A stretch of DNA of 64,000 nucleotides from Podarcis tiliguerta. Taxonomy: Eukaryota. Position numbers and translations under genes: made by a program. This document shows, piece by piece, positions 38,053 through 48,920 of this stretch (the first letter of the stretch is position 1; each line of letters opens with the position of its first letter). The stretch lies in assembly GCA_965153285.1 (NCBI GenBank), contig OZ229111.1. One strand, 5' to 3'. The notes under the pieces were generated by a model that was given only the letters and a program-made list of their open reading frames with translations, searched no databases and was not told the DNA's origin.

Positions 38053-41000
38053 GAAATCCTTGATCTGATGGGATGCTGTAATTGAATACAGCCCAGTAAG
38101 TTAAAAGATGATCCATAGTTTATGAATAAAACCTAAGCACAGTGCTTGTCTTCCATGCCAGACATCCTTGTGTAGCCATCTGCTGCTGCTATATTTCACA
38201 CACACACACCCTTTGTTCTGCTGGGGCACCTGTCTCTTCATAATTGTTGTAGAATCTCATTGACTTTATTCAGGGACATACCAGTTTTGTATGCCACCTG
38301 TTCCTAAGACATAGCTTTACTCTCGCTGCTAGATGTAATCTTTTACAGAACAAATCTATGCATTTACTCAGAAGTAAGCCCTTTGTAAAGTAGGGCTTAC
38401 TCTATAGTATTATTGTTTTATTAGGGTTGCAATGTTTTCATAAACACAAGGCCTCCTAAGCAAGATCTGCTAAATCCCTGCTTCAATGCCTGCCCTGGTG
38501 TTTTTAGGCATTCAGGACTATTCCGTATGCTTTCAGAGTATATCGTCCATAAGCTCAATTTTGTGAACTGTGGAGGAGCTCAAGTTCTCTACAGTCATCC
38601 TTCTATTCTTGATTTCCCCACCCCCTTCCCTCCCCTACAGCAAGGATGAAGTCACTATTAAAATTCTGAATTCCTTCTCATACATCTGTTGTTCTGTTGT
38701 GTACTTTTTCCTACATCCAGTTCAGAATTTTGCCAGCTGCCCTGCCTCTGTATAGTGTGAAATGGGAAGGGAAAGCAAATTTTTCTGCTATTTTCTGTCA
38801 CAGACAATGCAGGCTTGTTCTAGGCTTTGCTTAGCAATGCTACTTGGGCTGCCTTCACAGCTGCATTCTGATCCAGTGTTCCATTATTAGCCAGGCTCTG
38901 ATGTGAAAACAGCACAGAAGTGCCATCGTAAGGATGGCTGTGAGCACAAAAGGGCTTACATTTCCATCTTTAAAAGGTGGGAGTAGGGGGAAATGTGACA
39001 GGTGAGCATAAGGGCACGAGCCTGAGAATACAAGGACGAAAGAACATCTGATGAAATGAGCAGGCAACCATTTTGAAAGGAGCGGGGGGGGGGCAAAACG
39101 ATTCTTAAAACTTCGTGTAGATTTAGCTTGCACAGCTACATGGCATGAGACACTCGGGATACTGATAACTGATCTAAGTTTGTTTGGCAGTTGCCGATCA
39201 TCAGCTCCCTTTTGATTCCCTCCCCCCCCTTTTTTTTTTTTGCTTACAAATTAATTCAGCAGACCTATAGAATTTAGAGGCTGACTAGGCTATTACTATA
39301 CGATACAGTGGGGCATAGGGAAGTGTAGCACAGATGTATCCATGATGTCCCAGATTTGTTATCAAGCAGGGAAATAACAAAATACGCATCTTGCAAGGAT
39401 TTTCGCCCCCATAGCTGCAACAACAGTTGTGGAGGTGGGATCAAGCATCTAAAATAATCCCTCATTGGGAAGTGTTGAGTGGGAAGCTTCTACACATGGT
39501 ACATATTTCCATTAGAAACTAATAGTGATGTTGTCGCGCTAGTTTAAAAGTGATATCTTCTTCCAAAGAGCCCTGGAAAATATAGTTGGGTGAAATTATG
39601 GCGAATTCTCTAGTCGTCACCTCAGAAGTACAGTTCCCAGGCTTACCTAGGAAGAGCAAATGACGACTGTCAGAGAGGGTGAAATCTGTAGTGCAGATAT
39701 GGCCTTGATTTAGGAGTGTCAGTACTTGTGTATATAATGTGGATAAAGATATGTGAATAGTGTAAATAAGTAGACTTTGTCCAGTCCAATACCTTGAGCT
39801 CAGTATGTCTCCAACAGTGAACATTCGTTGGTTGCATGAACTCGGAACTGATTGTGCTCTATCAGTACTTGCACCAAAGGTGTTGTCTCTCAGATCCTGT
39901 CCGTAAATCACAATACCTAGTAACTAAGATGTGTTACAGTGGATTTTTTTTAACCTCAAAGGCATAGCATGCAGTTGCATTTGGCAGGCAAAAACTTAAA
40001 AGGTTCCCAGCAATTTGACTAGTGTACACGCTCACATTTAGCATTATGTAACCATACACTGTGCCTGGAGGTGGCACTGCATGTATTTTACATTTTGCTG
40101 ATCTTGCATGGGGTTCTCCTGCTTGACTTTTGTGTGACTCTTGTTTCCTTCACTTTTCGTATAAGCAAGTCAACCAATGTGTTTGTAGAACTAATGGTTG
40201 TGTACGTCTGTTAAGGTGATGTTTTGAGAATCTTGCGGCCTTTGTTCATTGCGGAGCAAGACAACAGTTCTTTTATCCCATAATTGGTATGAAACAAAGA
40301 ACACTGCACCCCAAAACTTGACATTCCCATATGACTGGGACTTCAACTTACATGGCAGTGAGTCTTCCTGATGTTTAGTTTGATGTCCATTCATTCTGTG
40401 CCCACTCATACATGCTTCAGAATACTCCGCTGTGGTCTAATTTCAGACAACAATTTGTGTCAGATTTCCAAGTTGGGGTTTTGTCCCTACGCCTCCTGAA
40501 AACCCTCCATCTGCTATCAGGATTGGTACAGATACTTTGTGAAAAATTCGATTTAGGTAACTACAATTATTTTTTTTAAGTGCTTGGAAATTTACTTTAC
40601 AGCAAGCCTGTCTTGAGCCTCTGCTGTGTATTCTACATAATTCATTGTGATATGGTGGCTCCTTTCTATGATATGTTCTCTGCTCAGCTGTCTTGGTTTG
40701 TTTATGGTGTGATCCAGAAAACCAGTGGTATGCCATTGATTTCAGCAAGATACGGATCTTGCTGATACTTTCTTAGTCCTTATGCACTCCACGGTGCCAA
40801 ATACTGTTGAAATCTAGCTAAATGCTCTTATTCTAATGTTTGGACCATGTAAAAATAAAAAAATAAAAAGAACCTTATTTGGAGGGGCCGGCGGCAGGAA
40901 GGCCAATGTTTTGGAAGCATAGAGAATTGGAAATGAAGAGAAATAGAACCCCCCCCCAACTTATATTAAGTTGAAATGTCTTGGATAAGATTGGTTTTAA

Positions 41001-42692
41001 TCTAGAAGGGATGTAAAGAACAGACATAAATACTCAATCTGGGATATTTTTGGGTGTGTGTGTGTGTTATTTTCCTTTGCTGCTCTTATCACAAGCAAAC
41101 TCCAGCAAGATCTTGCTGTAAATCTAAAGCACAACCAGTTTGGGCATTTTGAATAAACAACAGCAAAATAATATTTTAGAGATTACAAATCCACCTCAGA
41201 TTATTAGATTTTACAGTTCTGAGCTCATAGTCCACTCTTAATATAGTCCGCTTTTAATATAGAATTTTTTACAGTATTAATGCTAGTGGAAAATCACATA
41301 ACACTCTTTGAAAAAGTGGTGCAGGGCCTTTTTTGCCCTAGGTTGTGCCAAGTTTTGAGTGAGTGCCCAGTAGCATTTAAGCAGACCGATTCCAAGTTTG
41401 GCAGCATTCGTTTCAAACCGATGTTCTTGTTACATAAGCATTGCAAGTGAAGAGGATGCTTTTAATGGAAATTGTAATGAACCTTTTGGATGTTTGGGGT
41501 TTGTAGACAGTAGTAATTTCACTCTGTCAATATTTTTAAATCGGTTGACCCTAATGTGCATTGAATACGGTTAGCAGAAAAACTCAAGACTAACTTCAAG
41601 TGTTTGAGTACCCAATTCATCATGTCTATGTAGTAGCAATAATGTTTATTGCAGAGCAAGGAAGTGAAGGTGGCTACAATCTAATGAATAGCAAAGTGAA
41701 TTGGTTGCAATCAATGGAGCTTGCAGTTTATGCATGTTTACTCAGAAGGAAGTTTTCCCAAGATATGTGCATAGGATTGCAGCCTTAAACATCCTTAACT
41801 GTGATTGTTGACTTTGATTTCTGGCAAATATATCCTTGTGTTCCTTTCCAAAATTGGTGTACACTGAAATTTCTGTTACCTGTATTTGGTTGTCTATTTT
41901 CCCAGTGAATCTGAATTCACTGTGTGTCTCCCATGTCAGAGTAGCCTTATGAAAGCAACACTCCCTGTTATCAAAACTTGCGTTTCCAAACACTGTAGGC
42001 TTATCACAGGCTATACGGATAAGCAAATTCACAATGTATTTCTTTTCACCATCCATGAGTAAATTGAAAGTGCACAATTCAGTTTTGCAGATATAATAGA
42101 TTTGGAGGGCAGATCTGGCCAGCAACTAGCTCTCCCCAAAACAGTTTTTTTTTTTAAAAAAAGAGATTTTTAAAAATGGCATTGCTTATCTCGTCTTTTT
42201 ATCCTGTACCTTTTACTAAACACTTTCTAAATTTTTACAGTCAAATGTGTCCTCTACCAGCAGTAATGGCTTTGAACTTTGTAATAATACTTAGCTGCAG
42301 ATTTTTGGGCTGACTAGACATTTAAAAACTTAATTCTACTGTAAGCTCTGTGTATCAATAACAGCAGTGAGCCTTTAATCATTGTGAAAACTGTTAATGT
42401 GGCTTTTTTGTCCCATGCAATTGTATGACTAAAACACTGCAGCTGAAGAGGTAAATAAATACTCGTTAAAATTTAAGGGCCTTGTTGTCAGTTCAGGTAT
42501 GTCTCCTAAATGTTAATATCACTGGAGTTGCACTGATTTACCCCATTTACAGATCTAGCCCTTAAATGTTGAAGGTATTTGCTATACATTTTCCCCCGTC
42601 TTATGTACAAACATTTCCATAAACTTTGTACTTTCCTCTATTTTAGCAAGTTTGTATTATGCACTTGAAAAGCTTTGTCTCATCTCATGTAA

Positions 42693-42698
42693 AATAAA
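42693..42698 (+). terminator. Candidate distal polyadenylation signal of GAS7
   Basis: AATAAA with upstream TGTA (CFIm-type) elements around 42604-42691 and ATTAAA at 42710. Confidence 0.55.
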
Positions 42699-43016
42699 CT
42701 GTACAGTCCATTAAATGCTGTGTTACAGAACTGTTATTTTCACATAAAAAGCAGCAAGATTTCTGTGACCACTTCACACTCGAATTAATCCACATGATTA
42801 TGTACATCAGTACATAGAAAAGGATTAACATGCATCGGGATGCAAGAAGGCAGTATTTCAATGAATAGGAACAGGCACACCCTCTTGGACCCTATTGAGT
42901 CAATTGCTGTAACGATACCCTTTAACCATCTTCTGTGGTGACACTGCAACACAGCACAAAGCATGCTATCAGCTCCTTTTTTCTGTTACATTGACCCAGT
43001 GGTGTCACAAAATAAG

Positions 43017-43185
43017 TCATAGAATCATAGAGTTGCAGAATTGGAAGGGACCTAAAGGCAGGGGTGAAGCTAGGCTTTATTTCACTCAGGTCCCCAATAT
43101 GTCAGTGCAGGAATCACAGCTAAAGAATCCCTGACAAATGGCCATCCAACTTCGGTTAAAAAAGACCTCCAAGGAAAGACAGCCT
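43017..43185 (-). mobile_element. CR1 3'-end fragment
   Basis: catagaatcatagagttg..ttggaagggacc..ggccatccaac: reverse complement of a CR1 tail with ATTCTATG repeats. Confidence 0.7.
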
Positions 43186-44093
43186 TTGGTCTGAAATCTC
43201 TGGCACCTTAAAAAGTGACTGCTGTTTCCTTGCGAAGGCATCTTTGTTCATCAAAACTTGACCCTGCCTACAATGCTCCAAGGGGAGGCGCCACCTCAGC
43301 GTTGAGAACTATTGTACAGAAAACTCAGAAAACAGAAATCCACTGTAAAGAAAACTTCCTTTTCCTCTCATATAGAAACATGTTTCAGTGTCATTTCGCA
43401 TTACAGTGTCATCTGCAAAACCCACCTATACTTGATGTACACATTGTCTAGTAGTTCACCTATATTTTGGATATTTTAATAGGCATTCCATAGACCCACC
43501 TGCTTAACAATGTGTTGGGGTTTCTTCAGGTGGTGGTGGTGGGGTGAATAAAAACTGCAACCAGCCCTGTGGGTAGGTTTTAACTAGCAGCAGTTTCTAG
43601 AGCAGCCTGGAAGGCAAGGGCTGGCTGAGCAGAGGGTATTCTTGTTCTGCTTTACCTCAGAAGTTCTTAAGGGTAGATTGTTGCCTCAGACATGAGTTGT
43701 TACTCATAGAAACAGTGGTATTCACTGGTCTGGTGGAAAGCATGGAGACCGACAGTACGTGGAACCAGAGCCAATGACCAGCAGAGTCATCATATTCTAG
43801 TTTTGCCACCGTCTGCCCCCCTGCTGAGTTTTACAGGGAATGACATTTCTCGGACTGGGTTGTTTTTGTTTTTATTATGTATTTTATGTTTTCATATCCT
43901 GTTTTTATGTTGCAACCACTATGAGACCTGCAGGTATAGGACAGTATACAAATTTTAATAATAATAACAATAATAATAACAACAAGGCATCAAATCAGTA
44001 AAGAACACAGCAGCTGTGCTTCTGTAGAGTATTATCTTGAAATTAAATGGATTATGAAGTTGCAGTAAGAAAAGGATGTAAGGTAAGCTGAAG

Positions 44094-44125
<32 letters not shown>

Positions 44126-44148
44126 TGTCTGTCTGTCTGTCTGTGTCT
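44094..44148. repeat. Compound (CT)n(GT)n(CTGT)n microsatellite
   Basis: Seen directly. Confidence 0.95.
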
Positions 44149-47100
44149 ATGCGTGCACACGAGACTTCCTCCAGCTTACAGCCAATTATTCCAAACTGGC
44201 AATTCTGAAGTAAATTCCTTAGAGGCCTCTGCGTTTTGTCAAATATTCTCTCAAACAGAGAGTCTGAAGAAGGAGTCTTCTGCCCTTCAAAAACTGGGAG
44301 TAATTGCTCTTCGATTATTATATTTGCTGAGGGGATTGGTACCCTGACAGTGAGTTTCTTACCCGGTGGCTTCATTGTCTGCTACAATTCACAGTGTCAG
44401 TTGGGGGCCATCATGTAGTGACCACGATTCACATTAAATAGTGTTCAACAGCAGGGGACGGAGAACTCATTTTGCAATGGCCAAGACTCATGTGGTGAAT
44501 TCTAATTGAGGATATGGCTGGGTAGGAGACATTTACTAGGGGAAGACTGGTCCCTAAGGTGCAGAAAGCCATCCACAGCTTCCTGATAGGATTTGCTATT
44601 AAACTGGTCAGCTAAAAAGGCAGGATGACAAAGAGCAGCTTAATTTGCCACACTGGAATTGGGACGGTTGAAGGTCAGTCACAGATACTGTTTTAGAACT
44701 AGACTCCAGAGTACAGGCCGGCGGGGGGGGGGGCGGGACAAGTGGGGCACTGGCCCATGGTTCAAACTTTCTAAGGGGCCCAGAGATCCACTGGCCACTT
44801 CTAGGACCCCAGGCAATTGTACATAGAGCTGCTGCTACATCAACAGAGCAACCAGCAAACATTTGCTACACAGATGTTTCCAGAAGCTTCCAATAATCTG
44901 AGGTAGATAATTTTAGCAATTGCAATATTGGGTTGCTCTGCTTCTCTTCTGAGTGTTACAAAGGAGAATTCAAAACATGTCTAAAGTATTACTCTTCTGC
45001 ATTCATGTTCTCCAGTTTGAATCATCCTCGATATACGGCATTACTAGAAGTAATTGCAAATGCTCTTCTCACCCTCACCAGTACTGAGTAAAACCTTCTT
45101 TCATTTACTGTTGTACACTGGGACAGCTTTTATATTTCTTTAAAAACAGCCCTTTCAGTATGTTTATACCAAAGTTGCAGATTCCTGTGGAATTAGACAA
45201 CACTTCTTTCTGTTTGTAATAATTTTACTTTTTCCATGCATGTCATTTAAGGTATGCACTTCTAACTTCAGTTTGGCTATTTGTGCCCTGTTTTCTAACT
45301 TTGCAAACCAAATGCTCCATCTTCTGAAGATTCAGTATAAATTGTAACTCTGTTTACAGATCCATGACTTGATTTTGGCATTAGAGATAGATTATGCCTC
45401 TTACTTTTAAGGAATTGTTTGTGGAAGGATGCCTAAATTACTCCTTCTAGTATAATTTGTTTACTTGTTTGGCCTTGGTGACCTCATGTTGATTGTAGCA
45501 GCCTCATAGCAATGATAGACTTGAGGTGCCAAAAGCATCCTAGAGACCATGTCCCAGTCAAAGATAAAATACTATGTCTCTTCACATGCAGCCACATGGT
45601 CCAGGCTGGTTCATATGAGAAGAGGAGATCCCTGAGGTTACGCAGAGCGCAAAAGGAGGCAATTTTGAGTTTTATGTGCTGATTTTTTATCTTTGCAGTC
45701 TGAATTAATCAAACTAGGCAGTAAAAGTCAGCAGACTCTATTGGCATCTGCTTAGAAGATTGTTGATCAATTAGATCAATTCGAACTTTTTAAAAAACGT
45801 GAATATGGTTTGCAAAATGTTGTCTTGGTTCCTGAGCCATCAATTGGCTCTGGGAAATTTTCAAATCCTGAATTTAGAATTTGTCTGATATTTCAGTTTT
45901 ATGCAGGAATTATCTTTTATTTTACAGCACTTTGTTTTGCAAGTGTTTTTACACTTAATAATACAAATAACAATAATAAATAGTTTTCTGAAGTAATACG
46001 TTGCATGGGAAAGCTTTTACCTTAGGTATGATATTTGGTATCTATGGTGGCTTTACCTACATGGATTCAGTTGTTATGTCTCTTGGCCTGCCATGGAAGT
46101 CCTTTTTGGTGGTATCCTATGATAGCATGAATGTATGCTCTTGGAAGAGTTACATATATCATAGAAAGGAACCAGAGTTGAGTGGATCTGGGGCTGTAAA
46201 ATGGGCTGCATTCCATAAGACCATGGTACTGTTTCATAAAGGTCATTGTGTGAAGACCTGTATGACAACAATATATGGCACTTCATTCAGTTTTCTATAC
46301 AGAAGTCACTTCCATGTGGGAAATTCATCTTTTGTGAAGTCTTGCAGGTGATATGCAAAGCAAATAAAATCAAGGTTGTTCCCCCCCCCCCTTCTTGCTC
46401 TGAGTACGAAAGAGCAATTTTAAAGACCTAAAGTGTTCTTGGGGCAGATTGTATCTAGTCCATGAGTCAGAGTAAAGAGGACACTACAATCTTTCTCGCC
46501 CTAAAATTCTGGCCATACATAGAATGCAAAATGAGACTGTTATATGCTGGTTTTGTACCTGTTTCCTTAAAGGATATATCTGCTATGGGATGATATAAAG
46601 AAAAATGAGTGCAGCATTTTATTTTCTTGAAAAATGAATGAGATGGATGGTTGTTTGATTTGGATAGGTGGAGCCCTCGCTCTAACAAGATAAACATCAT
46701 CAGTCTAGTTCATGGATAAATAACAGCAGTTTCAAAGATTAAAACTGCTGATTTATACAGTTGCAGTTCTTTCCTACCGTACAGTCTGCAATCAGTTGAA
46801 GTAGCCCAAAATATTATTTTCACCTGGCCTCTTGGATTTGATTATATAAGGTCACTTGATTTCCCAACTCCAACCCCTCCCAATAAACAGGAAAAGATTA
46901 CAGATGCATGAGAAAGCAAAAATGCAGCTCGCCAGAGAGTCTAACAGCTTCTGCTAAAGTAGCAGTGTGGAACTTGTGACCCTCTGCAGATTGTTGGACT
47001 TCAACCCCAGTCCCTATGGAATCAGCACAATCATCTATCTAGTACAGCAGGAGCAGGGGATCTGTGCCCCCCCCCCCAATTATTGGAGTACAGCTCCACT

Positions 47101-47213
47101 ATAGGCTATAGTGGCTGCAGCTGATGAGAGTTGGAAGATACCCATTTTCTGACTCCCATATTACAGCACTTGTTTACCTCTGTGACCAAGCGGATGCCTC
47201 CCTCAGGCCCACA

Positions 47214-47242
47214 ACACACACACATACACACACACACAGAGA

Positions 47243-47277
<35 letters not shown>
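47214..47277. repeat. Compound (CA)n(GA)n microsatellite
   Basis: Seen directly. Confidence 0.95.
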
Positions 47278-47329
47278 TTACCTTCCTCCCCCAACAACTA
47301 GCATTTTATGACATGCCGCAGTGCTGCTG

Positions 47330-48020
47330 AAGATGGATGTTCCACTTAGCCAGCATGACTGTCAGACATTGATAGCCTTGGTCTCTATGAATTTGTCTAA
47401 TCTCTTTTAAAGCCATCTAAGCTGCTTGCCATCCCATCTCATAGCAGTGAACGCCATAGATGAACTTTACATTGTGTACTTCCTTTTGCTTGTCTTGAAT
47501 TTTTTGCTAATCAATTTACCCATCTTTGAAACTTGTTTGCGTTAAATCTTATTTGCCTCCTGCCCCTACATTTACCTAGTTTGGAAAGTCCCTCTTGGAG
47601 CCTTTTGTAGTCTGTTTTGGTTTCCCCCATCCTGAATAATTTGATGTCATCCATAACTTTCTCCCTGGTCATCACAGACTTGTTTATGAGCAAGCTGAAT
47701 AGCACCAGATTGATCTTGATTTCCCCCATGTTCCTGATGTAAATCTGCAATCACCCCTTCTTCCAAGGAGGGACGCCATTTTGGGTTTTGCCTCAGGTAC
47801 CAAAAAGTATTGGGCTGGCCCTGCCAGATGCAGTACTGATAATCAGCTATTGTTTTCTTGCCTTCATTGAGAACTATCCCCCTGCTCCTGCCTTCCATTC
47901 TTTAGCCAATTACTAACCCATAAGAAGCCTCATACTTTTATTCTATGACCACCAAGCTTACTCAGGAGCCTTGATGAGAGACATTGTAAAATGCTTGTTG
48001 GAGGTTCAAAATAATACACT
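47330..48020 (-). mobile_element. CR1 LINE fragment (decayed RT domain to 3' region)
   Basis: ORF 47511-47750 contains VLFSLLIN..DDIKLFR....D...LQ..LSKLG......RFN..K, a CR1 RT pattern. Confidence 0.8.
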
Positions 48021-48529
48021 TTCCCTTTATCCCATCACTCACATATTCTATATTCTAATCAGACTGGCACGGTTTTGTCAGTTTCCTTTTCATCTTCTGC
48101 ATCTGCTGTCTACTTTTCAAATAATGATCTCCGTTTCAAAAAAATTCCACATGTTTTAATTTATACATTGATTTGACAATTCAACAGAAAACCCCTCTAA
48201 TCAGACCTGTGAGGTCAGTGACCCTGACTCCAGTTCTCGTATTATTCCCTTCTATGGATTATGTTTCAATATTCTACAAGATAATAATCTGGTGCTTCAG
48301 CCTGTAACTGAATAGCTAAACCCTTTTAATGCCATTTTATTACTTTTCCTAAAGGTGGGCGACTGTCTCACCTCTACCTCCACAGTTTCCAAAACCCCAC
48401 ACAAAATACCTCCAAACACAATGCCTGGAGGCATTGTTTACTTTTAAAGTCCCTGTTGGTTTTTGTTATGTAAAATAAAATGGTATATAAGAGTGTATAT
48501 AAGAGGCTGTGAAGATAAAACGTTTTATA

Positions 48530-48920
48530 TATATATTTGCGAGAACTATCTTCTAACAAAAATAAGTAACTTGCATCAGAATCCATAATAGAAGAATGGG
48601 CAGTAGCCAATATAACACCAATTTTTTAAAAGGTTTCCAGGAAATTTAAAGCTCTTAGCTTACATCTGTTTGAGGAAAACTGGTGGAAAGCATGATTCAA
48701 TATAAAATCATCAAGCATATAGAATAGGAAGTCCCGCTGAAGAAGAATCAACATGGCCTCTCCAAAGTAAGTCCTGTCTCACAAACCTTTTAAAGTTCTT
48801 CAAGATTTTGGTATATTTATACAAGTGCCTGGTATAAATTGTGCACTTAGACTTTTAAAAAGCTTTTAGTAAAGTTCCTCTCACCAAAGATTCCTTAATA
48901 AGCTTAGCAGTCATGATTAG
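48530..48920 (+). mobile_element. CR1 LINE fragment (N-terminal RT region)
   Basis: Decayed EEW..ANITPIF.K / GKLVES / QHG...KSCLTNL..FF / LDF.KAF.KVP-HQR motifs. Confidence 0.78.

Larger units (their letters stand above)
33549..42720 (+). other. GAS7: Probable long GAS7 3'UTR (~9 kb) with several candidate poly(A) sites
   Basis: No further coding exons. AU-rich, repeat-poor distal part. AATAAA at 42693-42698 is preceded by several TGTA motifs; other AATAAA at 35467, 37897, 40853 and 42454. The extent is inferred, not observed. Confidence 0.55.
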
